From Eledone cirrhosa (Eukaryota), in NCBI GenBank assembly GCA_964016885.1, contig OZ024753.1, forward strand, positions 9,300,001 to 9,364,000: a stretch of 64,000 bases of DNA, read 5' to 3'. Below the pieces are notes generated by a model. It worked only from the letters and a program-made list of their open reading frames with translations, was not told the DNA's origin and did no database searches. Position numbers and translations under genes: made by a program. Positions 11,333 to 24,110 of this stretch are shown here, piece after piece (positions within the stretch are counted from its first letter, which is position 1; the number at the start of each line of letters is the position of its first letter).

Positions 11333-11808
11333 TGACAATTATTGACACATAGTGCTGGGCCCATGGTACCATGTGACGACAAGTGTAGAGAGATCTCCAG
11401 ATATAAAGCAATGCCTGTGCCGTGAAGCTTTTATAGTGAGCAAAGGCACTGCACAAAGCCAGTCCCACTCTCTTAACCCAAGATGATATTTACCAAAAAG
11501 AAGAACAAGTCAACATCATTGGATACCATCAGGGTTGCAGGTGTTATATCAGAGTTTTCCTTCTCCTAGAATTCTGCCTTGACAAAGGCTAAGGGGTCAT
11601 CTCTCCCAGTGATTTTGGATGGCCATTGACTCTTAAGAGCTCCTTTGCCCTTTGACAGGTTTTGTTTTTAGTCCTGCAGGATGTCCAAAGTCACCCTCCT
11701 CACCAAGAAACCTTGGTGGGGTTGCCAGTTTAATCGCCAATGACCTGACCATGAGACAGGTTGTACTGGGATACATGTTACTAGTAGCACCAACTGGTGA
11801 CCTGACAT
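11331..11808 (-). mobile_element. Repeat family D (RTE-5'UTR-like non-coding element), partial copy
   Basis: Near-identical to 36767-37375 and 38166-38551; minus strand has AAACTGGCAACCCC and CTAGGAGAAGGAAAACTCTGA, motifs typical of RTE 5' UTRs. Confidence 0.7.
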
Positions 11809-11906
11809 GACCTGTATATATACATGCATATATACACACACAGTCTCTCCCTCTCTCTCTATATATATATATGTATGTGTATGTGTGTATATATATATAT
11901 ATATTT

Positions 11907-12005
11907 GATAAAAAGGAAAAGAATGACTTCGCTTGTAGTGCTAAATAATTTGATTTAATTTTATAATATAATATCAAATTATTTAGTCATTATTTTCCTT
12001 TTTTT
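11907..12005. repeat. Imperfect AT-rich palindrome between (TA)n tracts
   Basis: AAAAAGGAAAAGAATGACT..TAAATAATTTGAT / ATCAAATTATTTA-GTCATTATTTTCCTTTTT. Confidence 0.6.
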
Positions 12006-12302
12006 CTGATATACCTAACTGTACCAAGGATCTCACACATTTTCCAATATATATATGTATAGACATACACATATATTACTATTTTACACACTATTGGCTT
12101 CAGGTATTGGACCCTGGCCATGCTGTGATATCATGTCCAAGGTTTAACTGATCATATCAACCCCAGTGCTTATTTCAATTTGGTATTTATTTTCTCAATT
12201 TCTATTTCCTAAACCAATCTAAACATTAAGACATTAACACAAGCATAAACATGCAAACTCACATACACACATACATACACATACCTACTCACAAACACAT
12301 AT

Positions 12303-12876
12303 ATGAATTGAGAGAGAGAAGAGGAATCAAATGCTGTGTGCAGGAGAGGAGATTGCGTTGGTATGGATATGTGATGCATATGAAGGATGACAGCTGCATA
12401 AAAAGGTGCAGAGCCCTAAAAGGTGACGGTAGTCTTGGAGTGGGGAGACCCAAGAAGACCTGGGATGAGGTGATAAAAGCTGACCTTGCCCAATTGCACC
12501 TCTCAAAGGTGATGATGCAGGACCGAGACCTCTGGCATTACCAGTAATACAGAAGACCCGACTTCCCACGGGGACAAGCCGAAGCTGAAGTAAGCCTCCA
12601 TCCCCCTCCCACTGTAAAGTGGTCATGGAGGTGTCACAACAAAAAAGCACCCAGTCCACACTGTAAAGTGGTCATGTAGGCGCCACAGTAAAAAAGCACC
12701 CAGCACTCGCTGTAAAGGAGGTTGGTGTTAGGAAGGGCATCCAGCTGTAGAAACCAAGCCAGAATCAGTTCCTGTATGAGCAAGACATGGTAACCTCACC
12801 TGGCATTGCCCACAACAGACAACCCGTCTAACCCATGCTAGCGTGGAAGAATAGACGTAAAACGGTGATGATGATG
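12303..12876 (+). mobile_element. 5'-truncated RTE-clade LINE 3' end
   Basis: RGIKCCVQERRLRWYGYVMHMKDD..GRPKKTWDEVIKADL; conserved 3' UTR and (GAT)n. Confidence 0.9.
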
Positions 12877-13114
12877 AACAAGCTTTTGCTTGGTTTCTGT
12901 TGACAAAAGTATAGAAAAATACAACATTTGAGGAATGTGATATGAGGAAGTAAAGTTAAAATGATAGTAAAAGACAGAGATATTAGATTAATATAGAAAA
13001 TGATATAACTGTCATTTTAAATAGGATTACGGCTCTTTATACATTTTTGTTTCATTTCAGATGTGATAGAATTATAACCCGAAAAAGGGTTCTTTGGTGT
13101 GTATAAGCATTTCA

Positions 13115-13560
13115 TAATTGTTTCTACTTTTGGCACAAGGCCAGCAATTACCCAGTGCATTACTGGTACTTTATTTTATCGACCCCGTAAGAATGAAAGG
13201 CAAAGTTAACCTCGGCGGGATTTGAACTTAGAATGGCAAGGGCCGTAACTCTATGTGTCAAAGCATGGCGTCTGACCCTCTACCGATACTGCCAACCCAC
13301 CTCATAATGTTTATTGGAAAAGCTATATTAAAATAAAAATTAAAAACGCTCTTATTGGATATTATTCTTCTTCGGTGGATTGGCAGTATCGGTAGAGAGT
13401 CGTACGCCATGCTTTGACGCATAGAGTTACACCCCTTTCCATTCTGAGTTCAAATCCCGCCGAGGTTAACTTTGCCTTTCATCCTTAGGGGGTCGATAAA
13501 ATAAAGTACCAGTAATGCACTGGGTAATTGCTGGCCTTGTGCCAAAAGTAGAAACAATTA
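13115..13560. mobile_element. Two SINE family B copies head-to-head (13115-13300 -, 13374-13560 +)
   Basis: Both match the family B consensus, in opposite orientation. Confidence 0.9.
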
Positions 13561-13829
13561 TTCTTTAAACATTAAGATAAGATGAATACTTTATTAAAAT
13601 AATTATCAGAATATATAATAGCTATCCTGTTACATTGTTTTGCTGTTTTCTATTCAGCTTCCTACAAACAACAGAGCACCTACTGACACTCACCTTTCCT
13701 CCCTCCCCTATTATATTGTAACTGTTTCTCCATTACACTCCTACTCAAACTCTTCTAATCCTCTCTAATCTCACCCCCTTGTCACTCATCCCCTCCTCAT
13801 GGTTACAGCCTTAAAAGAATAGACAAGGC

Positions 13830-16800
13830 AGATGCTTTAATTTTAGAGCTACAATATATTGTACTCCTTGGTAGATAAGGCAACTTCTTTAATGTTGGAC
13901 CTACAATAAAATGTACTCCTTGAGAGAGAAGACACTCTTTAAATAGTAGACAAAGCAGTCTCTTTAATATTGGATCTACAATAACATATACTCCTTGGTA
14001 GACAAGACACTCTTTAATATTGGAGCTACAATAAAATGTACTCCATGGTAGACAAGACAATCTCTTTAATGTTGGAGCTACAGTAAAATATACTCCTTGG
14101 TAGACAAGGCAGATTCTTTAATGTTGGAGCTACAGTAAACTGTACTCCTTGGTAGACAAAGCACTCTTTAATGTTGGACCTTCAATAAAATATACTCCTT
14201 GGTAGTCTCTTTAATATTGGAGATATGATAAAATATACTCCTTGGTAGACAAGGCACACACTTTAATGTTGTCCCTTCAATAAAATATACTCCTTGGCAG
14301 ACAAGGCACACTCTTTAATGTTGTCCCTTCAATAAAATATACTCCTTGGCAGACAAGGCACACTCTTTAATGTTGTCCCTTGAATAAAATATACTCCTTG
14401 GCAGACAAGGCACACTCTTTAATGTTGTCCCTTCAATAAAATATACTCCTTGGCAGACAAGGCACACTCTTTAATGTTGTCCCTTCAATAAAATATACTC
14501 CTTGGCAGACAAGGCACACTCTTTAATGTTGTCCCTTCAATAAAATATACTCCTTGGCAGACAAGGCACACTCTTTAATGTTGTCCCTTCAATAAAATAT
14601 ACTCCTTGGCAGACAAGGCACACTCTTTAATGTTGTCCCTTCAATAAAATATACTCCTTGGCAGACAAGGCACACTCTTTAATGTTGTCCCTTCAATAAA
14701 ATATACTCCTTGGCAGACAAGGCATACACACTCTTTAATGTTGCCCCTTCAATAAAATATACTCCTTGGCAGACAAGGCACACTCTTTAATGTTGTCCCT
14801 TCAATAAAATATACTCCTTGGCAGACAAGGCACACTCTTTAATGTTGTCCCTTCAATAAAATATACTCCTTGGCAGACAAGGCATACACACTCTTTAATG
14901 TTGCCCCTTCAATAAAATATACTCCTTGGCAGACAAGGCACACTCTTTAATGTTGTCCCTTCAATAAAATATACTCCTTGGCAGACAAGGCACACTCTTT
15001 AATGTTGTCCCTTCAATAAAATATACTCCTTGGCAGACAAAGCACACTCTTTAATGTTGTCCCTTCAATAAAATATACTCCTTGGCAGACAAAGCACACT
15101 CTTTAATGTTGTCCCTTCAATAAAATATACTCCTTGGCAGACAAGGCACACTCTTTAATGTTGTCCCTTCAATAAAATATACTCCTTGGCAGACAAGGCA
15201 CACTCTTTAATGTTGTCCCTTCAATAAAATATACTCCTTGGAAGACAAGGCACACTCTTTAGTGTTGCCCTTCAATAAAATATACTCCTTGGCAGACAAG
15301 GCACACTCTTTAATGTTGTCCCTTAAATAAAATATACTCCTTGGCAGACAAGGCACACTCTTTAATGTTGTCCCTTCAATAAAATATACTCCTTGGCAGA
15401 CAAGGCACACTCTTTAATGTTGTCCCTTCAATAAAATATACTCCTTGGCAGACAAGGCACACTCTTTAATGTTGTCCCTTGAATAAAATATACTCCTTGG
15501 CAGACAAGGCACACTCTTTAATGTTGTCCCTTCAATAAAATATACTCCTTGGCAGACAAGGCACACTCTTTAATGTTGTCCCTTGAATAAAATATACTCC
15601 TTGGCAGACAAGGCACACTCTTTAATGTTGTCCCTTCAATAAAATATACTCCTTGGCAGACAAGGCACACTCTTTAATGTCCCTTGAATAAAATATACTC
15701 CTTGGCAGACAAGGCACACTCTTTAATGTTGTCCCTTCAATAAAATATACTCCTTGGCAGACAAGGCACACTCTTTAATGTTGTCCCTTCAATAAAATTT
15801 ACTCCTTGGCAGACAAGGCACACTCTTTAATGTTGTCCCTTCAATAAAATATACTCCTTGGCAGACAAGGCACACTCTTTAATGTTGTCCCTTCAATAAA
15901 ATATACTCCTTGGCAGACAAAGCACACTCTTTAATGTTGTCCCTTCAATAAAATATACTCCTTGGCAGACAAGGCACACTCTTTAATGTTGTCCCTTCAA
16001 TAAAATATACTCCTTGGCAGACAAGGCACACTCTTTAATGTTGTCCCTTCAATAAAATATACTCCTTGGCAGACAAGGCACACTCTTTAATGTTGTCCCT
16101 TCAATAAAATATACTCCTTGGCAGACAAAGCACACTCTTTAATGTTGTCCCTTCAATAAAATATACTCCTTGGCAGACAAGGCACACTCTTTAATGTTGT
16201 CCCTTCAATAAAATATACTCCTTGGCAGACAAGGCATACTCTTTAATGTTGTCCCTTGAATAAAATATACTCCTTGGCAGACAAGGCACACTCTTTAATG
16301 TTGTCCCTTCAATAAAATATACTCCTTGGCAGACAAGGCACACTCTTTAATGTCCCTTGAATAAAATATACTCCTTGGCAGACAAGGCACACTCTTTAAT
16401 GTTGTCCCTTCAATAAAATATACTCCTTGGCAGACAAGGCACACTCTTTAATGTTGTCCCTTCAATAAAATTTACTCCTTGGCAGACAAGGCACACTCTT
16501 TAATGTTGTCCCTTCAATAAAATATACTCCTTGGCAGACAAGGCACACTCTTTAATGTTGTCCCTTCAATAAAATATACTCCTTGGCAGACAAAGCACAC
16601 TCTTTAATGTTGTCCCTTCAATAAAATATACTCCTTGGCAGACAAGGCACACTCTTTAATGTTGTCCCTTCAATAAAATATACTCCTTGGCAGACAAGGC
16701 ACACTCTTTAATGTTGTCCCTTCAATAAAATATACTCCTTGGCAGACAAGGCACACTCTTTAATGTTGTCCCTTCAATAAAATATACTCCTTGGCAGACA

Positions 16801-17062
16801 AAGCACACTCTTTAATGTTGTCCCTTCAATAAAATATACTCCTTGGCAGACAAGGCACACTCTTTAATGTTGTCCCTTCAATAAAATATACTCCTTGGCA
16901 GACAAGGCACACTCTTTAATGTTGTCCCTTCAATAAAATATACTCCTTGGCAGACAAGGCACACTCTTTAATGTTGTCCCTTCAATAAAATATACTCCTT
17001 GGCAGACAAGGCATACTCACTCTTTAACATTGGAACTACAATAAACTGTACTCCTTGATAGA
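13830..17062. repeat. 52-bp tandem satellite (homogeneous core ~14230-17015, ~53 units, degenerate flanking units)
   Basis: Unit TAAAATATACTCCTTGGCAGACAAGGCACACTCTTTAATGTTGTCCCTTCAA; period 52 (14281 to 14333). Confidence 0.97.
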
Positions 17063-17301
17063 CTATTGACTGGAAACAGTACAGCATAGAGAAGATTCTT
17101 TAGTTATGTCTAAGAGTTGACAATGCCATGTATAGATATCTAGATGTAGAAGTCATGTAAAAATATTGCTATGTACATGTGTAATATTGTCTCCTGACCT
17201 ACCTAGAGGTTAGTAAACTCTAAATAGGATGTGGCTTCTAACCTAATAACCTCTCCAGCTTATTCCTGCTTGGAAAGCAGATGTAAAATGATGATAATGA
17301 T

Positions 17302-17384
17302 ATAGAGGGTATTCCAAAAAATGTATACACATATCCATTAGAATGCTGTTGAAGTGTGTGTATATTTTTGAGGGACATCCTCTA
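17302..17384. mobile_element. Tiny Tc1/mariner-type MITE (~80 bp)
   Basis: Imperfect TIRs TAGAGGGTATTCCAAAAAATGTATACACA / TGTGTATATTTTTGAGGGACATCCTCTA. Confidence 0.5.
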
Positions 17385-17396
17385 TGTAAAACGATG

Positions 17397-17432
<36 letters not shown>

Positions 17433-18044
17433 ACATATATATATGTCATTATATATACATATATTTATATATAATCATTATATATACATATATATATGTG
17501 TGTGTGTATATATATATATATGTATAACCATTATATATACATATATTTATATATAATGATTATACATACATATTTATATATATAATCATTATATATACAT
17601 ATATTTATATATAATGATTATATATACATATATATAATCATTATATATGCGATATATATATATATGTGTGTGTGTGTGTGTATGTGTGTGTGTGTGTAGA
17701 ATTATACATGAAAAGTAAAAGTAAACCAATAACTAAGGCATAATAAAAAAAAAACCAGACTAAGAGCCTCACAGCCACATAAGAGAAATCCTGCTAAGCT
17801 TACTTGGTACACAAAATATAATATAAGTAGTTTGAATATGATAGCGTTCACTAACTTCTATACAGATAATTTTTTTCCTATGTTTACCTAATAACTTCCT
17901 ATCTTTGCTCTCTCGTAGCTTCTTTTTCTTACTACCAGTTCTACTTTCGTTGTACCATCCCTTATTCTCCATATTTTTCTATATAGGTAAATACAAAGTA
18001 GGTAAAAGGCTTGCTTAACCCTTTAGTATTTACATTACTACATT

Positions 18045-18474
18045 GCCCGGATTCTGCACCAGTAATACAGAATACCCGACCCCTCCATGGGTACAGTAAT
18101 ACAGAATACCCGACTCCTCGCGGGTACGGTAATACAGAATACCCGACCCCTCCACGGGTACAAGCCGAAGCTGAAGCATATAGACAATATGCCCCCACAC
18201 CCTCTCACTGCAAAGTGGTCGTGGAGGTGCCACGGCAAAAAAGCACCCAGCCCACACTGCAAAGTGGACGTGTAGGCGTCACAGAAAAAAAGCACCCAGC
18301 ACTCACTGTAAATGAGGTTGGTGTTAGGAAGGGCATCCAGCTGTAGAAATCAAGCCAGAATCAGTTCCCGTATGAGCAAGACAAGGTCAACCGACTGGAC
18401 ATTGCCCACAACAGGACAACCTGTCTAACCCATGCTAGCGTGGGAGAATCGACGTAAAACAGTGATGATGAAGA
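18045..18474 (+). mobile_element. RTE 3' UTR fragment with a triplicated ~33-bp unit
   Basis: 3x GTAATACAGAATACCCGACCCCTCCACGGGTAC, then the standard RTE 3' UTR and tail. Confidence 0.85.
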
Positions 18475-18740
18475 TATATGATATATATATATATATATAT
18501 GTGCGTGTGTGTGTGTGTGTGTGCGTGTGTGTGTGTGTGTGTGCGCCCAGTAAAAACTTGTTTATCGATATGAGCTGGCTTTTACTTTGGTAAAAAGGAG
18601 TAAGCAGGGGAAAGATCTCTACGTTCATAGTGAGCAGTTACGATGGAGATTACATTAAGAATAACATTAAAAAAGAAGCTGTATTTACATAAAGTGCTTT
18701 CTATAAACACAGCATCTTTCTTAATTTTATTCTTATATAT

Positions 18741-19083
18741 ATCATTTCATCATTCATCATTTCTTTACGTCCACTTTTCCCTGCTTGCAAGGGTGGAATG
18801 GGAACTGATTCTGGCTTGATTTCTACAGCTGGATGCCCTTTCTAACACCAACCTCATTTACAGTGAGTGCTGGGTGCTTTTTATCCATGGCGCCTACACG
18901 ACCACTTTACAGTGGAATGATAGGGACCCCAGTCCCTATCATCTCATTTCTACAGCTGAGTAAACTGGAGGAATGTGAAATAAAGTGTCTTGCTCAAGGA
19001 AACAACACATCACCCGGTCTGAGAATTGAACTCACAACCTTTCGATTGCAAGGCCAATGCTCTAACCACTAAGCCATGTGCCT
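18741..19083 (-). mobile_element. tRNA-derived SINE family E (~340 bp) with RTE-derived 3' tail
   Basis: Head TGGCTTAGTGGTTAGAGC..GAGTTCAATTCTC (A/B boxes), TCCTTGAGCAAGACACTT central motif, 3' part shared with RTE 3' UTR, (GAT)n end. Confidence 0.88.
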
Positions 19084-19119
19084 ATATATATACACAATAC
19101 ACACATATATATACACAAT

Positions 19120-19156
<37 letters not shown>

Positions 19157-19995
19157 TACACACACACACATATAAATATATATATATACATACACCACAC
19201 ACATACATATGTATATATACATACACCACACACACACATATGTTTATATATATTTATATATATATATACACATACATACACACATACATAAAGATATATA
19301 TATATATATATATACACACACATCTACAGATAAATGTATATTTCTAAAATACTGCATTATATATATATATATATACACACATCTACAGATAAATGTATAT
19401 TTCTAAAATACTGCATTACTATTCTTGAATAAATAAAATCATTTAGCTCAGATAATTTATTCTAATTAAATTCTGTGATTTTAAAGTTTAAACAACAACA
19501 AACAAAAAATAATAGATTGATTAATGATGTGAATAGATATTCATTTTAATAGAGAATAATTTTCCATTTCTGCTTCTATTTCAGTCAGCTAACATGTTAA
19601 AGATATCATTTAGATATTTGTAAATAATTTACATAATGTTGAGTATTAATGCATCTAAATAATGAAATTATGTCAATTGTTCTTATATCTTCAGTGAATT
19701 TTCAATTTTAAATCTGTTTGTTTGCATACCATGAACAGAAGAAAATATCTAAATATTTATTTTTGCTTTGCTGGATTGATATCTATAGATTTAGACCATA
19801 ACTTAAAATCTTGTTATATTCTCTTAATTAAAAGTTGATTATATTTATTAAAAATCAAAACAAAAAAGATTTAAAAAAGACGAAAGGTATTGCTGGGGCA
19901 CAAAGGTATTGCTGACTGCACAATCAGAAATGAGGTGGTGGACAAAATGACGGGGATTAAAAATCATACAGGGATAGATTTAGACCATAACTTAA

Positions 19996-20205
19996 CCCTT
20001 TAGCATTTAAACTGGCCATATCTGGCCAGAATCTTTTCAACTCTTTCTGTTCAAACCGGCTGTAACCGTCCACTCATACTGAAGTTAAAGTATTGTTCTC
20101 AAAATAAATAATATCAAAATCTCATAGGTTCAATATTATGTGAGGTAATTATGCCTTTACCACAAAAATACAATAGTAAATGAGAGTAATCTAAATGCTA
20201 ACGGG
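19996..20205. mobile_element. piggyBac-type MITE family P inserted in one copy of a local ~190-bp duplication
   Basis: TTAA|CCCTTTAGCATTT...GCTAACGGG|ATAA; empty site at 19803-19806. Confidence 0.9.
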
Positions 20206-20424
20206 ATAAAATCTTGTTATTATATTCTCTTAATTAAAAGTTGATTATATTTATTAAAAACAAAACAAAAAAGCTAAAAACGAAAGGTATTGCTGGGGTA
20301 ATGGACTGCACAACCAGAAATGAGGTGGACTAAATGATGGGAGTTAAAAATCATACAGGGATCAATTTAGCCTGTTATCCATCCTGGATTACAGACAGCG
20401 AATTGGCAGAGTCATTAGAAGCTA

Positions 20425-22256
20425 CGGGGTGGGTAGACCAAGAAAAACCTGGGACGAGGTGATTAAAAACTGACCTTGTTCAGTTACACCTCTCTAAGAC
20501 TATGTCACTGGATTGAGATTTTTGGTGCCATGCAGTTGTACAGAAGACCCGCCTTCCCTTACATAAAACCTACAGTCAGTAGGCACCTCTTAACCCAATA
20601 TCCACCCCACCCCACACACACTACCCCATCCTCCCATTTCCATCCAACAAAAAAGCACCCAGTCCACACTGTAAAGTATTCGTGTAGGAGACACGGTAGA
20701 AAGGTTCCCAGTCCACACTGTAAAGTGGTCGTGTAGGAGACACGGTAAAAAGGCTCCCAGTCCACACTGTAAAGTGGTTGTGTAGGAGACATGGTAAAAA
20801 GGCTCCCAGTCCACACTGTAAAGTAGTCATGTAGGAGACACGGTAAAAAGGCTCCCAGTCCACACTGTAAAGTGGTTGTGTAGGAGACACGGGAAAAAGG
20901 CTCCCAGTCCACACTGTAAAGTAGTCATGTAGGAGACACGGTAAAAAGGCTCCCAGTCCACACTGTAAAGTGGTTGTGTAGGAGACACGGTAAAAAGGCT
21001 CCCAGTCCACACTGTAAAGTAGTCATGTAGGAGACACGGTAAAAAGGCTCCCAGTCCACACTGTAAAGTGGTTGTGTAGGAGACACGGTAAAAAGGCTCC
21101 CAGTCCACACTGTAAAGTAGTCATGTAGGAGACACGGTAAAAAGGCTCCCAGTCCACACTGTAAAGTGGTTGTGTAGGAGACATGGTAAAAAGGCTCCCA
21201 GTCCACACTGTAAAGTAGTCATGTAGGAGACACGGTAAAAAGGCTCCCAGTCCACACTGTAAAGTGGTTGTGTAGGAGACATGGTAAAAAGGCTCCCAGT
21301 CCACACTGTAAAGTGGTCGTGTAGGAGAAATGGTAAAAAGGCTCCCAGTCCACACTGTAAAGTGGTTGTGTAGGAGACACAGTAAAAAGGCTCCCAGTCC
21401 ACACTGTAAAGTGGTCGTGTAGGAGACATGGTAAAAAGGCTCCCAGTCCACACTGTAAAGTGGTTGTGTAGGAGACACAGTAAAAAGGCTCCCAGTCCAC
21501 ACTGTAATGTGGTGTGTAGGAGACACGGTAAAAAGGCTCCCAGTCCACACTGTAAAGTGGTCGTGTAGGAGACATGGTAAAAAGGCTCCCAGTCTACACT
21601 GTAAAGTGGTCGTGTAGGAGACATGGTAAAAAGGCTCCCAGTCTACACTGTAAAGTGGTCGTGTAGGAGACATGGTAAAAAGGCTCCCAGTCCACACTGT
21701 AAAGTGGTCATGTAGGAGACATGGTGAAAAGGCTCCCAGTCCACACTGTAATGTGGTCGTGTAGGAGACATGGTAAAAAGGCTCCCAGTCCACACTGTAA
21801 AGTGGTCGTGTAGGAGACATGGTAAAAAGGCTCCCAGTCCACACTGTAAAGTGGTCGTGTAGGAGACATGGTGAAAAGGCTCCCAGTCCACACTGTAATG
21901 TGGTCGTGTAGGAGACATGGTGAAAAGGCTCCCAGTCCACACTGTAAAGTGGTCGTGTAGGAGACATGGTAAAAAGGCTCCCAGTCCACACTGTAATGTG
22001 GTCGTGTAGGAGACACGGTAAAAAGGCTCCCAGTCCACACCGTAAAGTGGTCATGTAGGTGACACAGTAAAAAGGCTCCCAGTCCACACTGTAAATGTGG
22101 TTGGTGTTAGGAAGGACGTCCAGCTGTAGAAAACCTACCAGAGATACTTCTGTATGAATGAGACACAATCTCCCGACCAATCCCGCATCAAATGGAACAA
22201 AACTATCTAACCCATGCTAGCGTGGAAGATGGATGTTAAACAATGATGATGATGAT
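20425..22256 (+). mobile_element. RTE 3' end with internal 49-bp satellite expansion
   Basis: GVGRPRKTWDEVIKTDL at the start; GTTGGTGTTAGGAAGG and (GAT)n at the end. Confidence 0.88.
20650..22095. repeat. 49-bp minisatellite (~29 units) derived from the RTE 3' UTR module
   Basis: Unit AAAAAGGCTCCCAGTCCACACTGTAAAGTGGTCGTGTAGGAGACACGGT; dimeric 98-bp substructure. Confidence 0.97.
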
Positions 22257-22477
22257 TAGAATATCCAATAGTATGTTTTGCAGTTTTTGCTTTGGCTCCC
22301 TGCTCTCTGATGTGAAATCCTGCCAAGGTCAACTTTACCATTCATCCATTCGAGGTCAATAAAAAAAGTACCAGTCATGAACTGGGGTTCATTCTTCCTC
22401 TATATCTCTGTCTCCCATTCTTTCACTCTCTATCCTTCTTTGGAAGGATAAATCTGCTGCATTCAGATCTGGAGAGC

Positions 22478-22595
22478 GTATGTGTGTGTGCACGCGCGCT
22501 TATGTGTATGTTCATACCCCTCTCTCTATATGTGTGTGTGTGTGTGTGTGTTTTCATGCCAGTATATATATGCATGTGTATATGTTCATGCTTGT

Positions 22596-22636
<41 letters not shown>

Positions 22637-22953
22637 TATGTGTGTATGTGTGTATATGTGTGTTTTCATGCTAGTATGTATATATGTGTGTTTATGTTCA
22701 TGCCAGTATATATATGCATGTGTATATGTTCATGCTTGTATATATGTGTGTGTGTATGTGTGTATATGTGTGTTTTCATGCCAGTATGTATATACGTGTG
22801 TGTTTTCATGCCAGTATGTATATACGTGTGTTTATGTTCATGCCAGTATATATATGCATGTGTATATGTTTATGCTTGTATATATGTGTGTGTGTATGTG
22901 TGTTTTCATGCCAGTATGTATATATGTGTGTGTTTATGTTCATGCCTCTATAT
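22478..22953. repeat. Compound (TG/TA) microsatellite with TTCATGCCAG spacers
   Basis: Direct reading. Confidence 0.9.
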
Positions 22954-22958
22954 AATTT

Positions 22959-23905
22959 TCATCATCATTTTATGTCTGCTTTTCCCTGCTTGCAAGGGTA
23001 GGACGGGAACTGATTCTGGCTTGATTTCTACAGCTGGATGCCCTTCCTAACACCAACCTCATTTACAGTGGGTGCTTTTATGCCATTGCACCTCCACATC
23101 CACTTTACAGTGAGTGCTGGGTGCTTTTATGCCGTTGCACCTCCACATCTATTTTACAGTGAGTGCTGGGTCCTTTTTTACCGTGGCGCCTCCATGTCCA
23201 CTTTACAGTGAGTGCTGGGTCCTTTTTTGCCATGTTGCCTCTATGTCCACTTTACAGTGAGTGCTGGGTCCTTTTTTGCCGTGGCACCTATACGTCCACT
23301 TTACAGTGAATGCTGGGTCCTTTTTTACCGTGGCGCCTCCACGTCCACTTTACAGTGAGTGCTGGGTGCTTTTTTGCCGTGGCACCTCCATGTTCCCTTT
23401 ACAGTGAGTGCTGGGTGCTTTTTTGCCATGTTGCCTCAATGTCCACTTTACAGTGAGTGCTGGGTCCTTTTTTGCCGTGGCGCCTCCATATCCACTTTAC
23501 AGTGAGTGCTGGGTCCTTTTTTGCCGTGGCGCCTCCATATCCACTTTACAGTGAGTGCTGGGTCCTTTTATGCCGTGGCACCTCCATGTTCACTTTACAG
23601 TGAGTGCTGGGTCCTTTTTTGCCGTGGCACCTCCATGTTCACTTTACAGTGAGTGCTGGGTGCTTTTTTGCTGTGGCACCTCCACGCCCACTTTACAGTG
23701 AGTGCTGGGTCCTTTTATGCCGTGGCGCCTACATGTTCACGTTACAGTGAGTGCTGGGTGCTTTTTTGCCGTGGCACCTCCACGCCCACTTTACAGTGGA
23801 ATGATAGGGACCCCAGTCCTATCATCTCATTTCTACAGCTGAGTAAACTGGAGCAATGTGAAATAAAGTGTCTTGCTCAAGGAAACAACACATCACCCGG
23901 TCTGA

Positions 23906-23909
<4 letters not shown>
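22959..23909 (-). mobile_element. SINE family E, head truncated, with 49-bp module expanded ~15x (23062-23797)
   Basis: Family E centre and tail flank the array CTTTACAGTGAGTGCTGGGTCCTTTTTTGCCGTGGCACCTCCATGTCCA. Confidence 0.88.
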
Positions 23910-23949
<40 letters not shown>

Positions 23950-23950
23950 A

Positions 23951-24110
23951 CTTGGACCCAGTACTGCCGAGCTCCTCCACAAGATCGCAGAGTCAGTGGC
24001 CCGTCTGAGGAGGGGGCCCCCATAAGGTTGGGTGGCTGTTGCAGAGTATGTCACTGGCTATGATCCAGGGGAATGCTTTTGACATCTTGTCAGCGGGGCA
24101 CAGCACTTCT
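23951..24110 (+). pseudogene. C-terminal fragment of a restriction-like-endonuclease LINE (CRE-like)
   Basis: With one frameshift/stop: LGPSTAELLHKIAESVARLR..VGWLLQSMSLAMIQGNAFDIL, resembling the GPxAxxFL...WLxQRxSxAxQRGNA C-terminus. Confidence 0.6.

Noticed and set aside
12085-12245. Possible diverged copy of a third SINE family (also ~52490-52670)
   Set aside because: Resemblance is from memory only and no second copy in the window confirms it
14230-17015. CRISPR-like regular repeats (also 20650-22095, 40336-42570, 46551-47275)
   Set aside because: Units are contiguous with no unique spacers, there are no cas genes, and the context is eukaryotic
17769-17972. Lys-rich ORF as a possible Penelope endonuclease C-terminus
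   Set aside because: No recognisable GIY-YIG motifs
18990-19083. tRNA genes at SINE heads
   Set aside because: A/B boxes are present but run into SINE bodies in many dispersed copies; no complete cloverleaf verified
21023-22180. 385-aa ORF and overlapping ORFs
   Set aside because: Translation of the 49-bp array; periodic peptide in all frames
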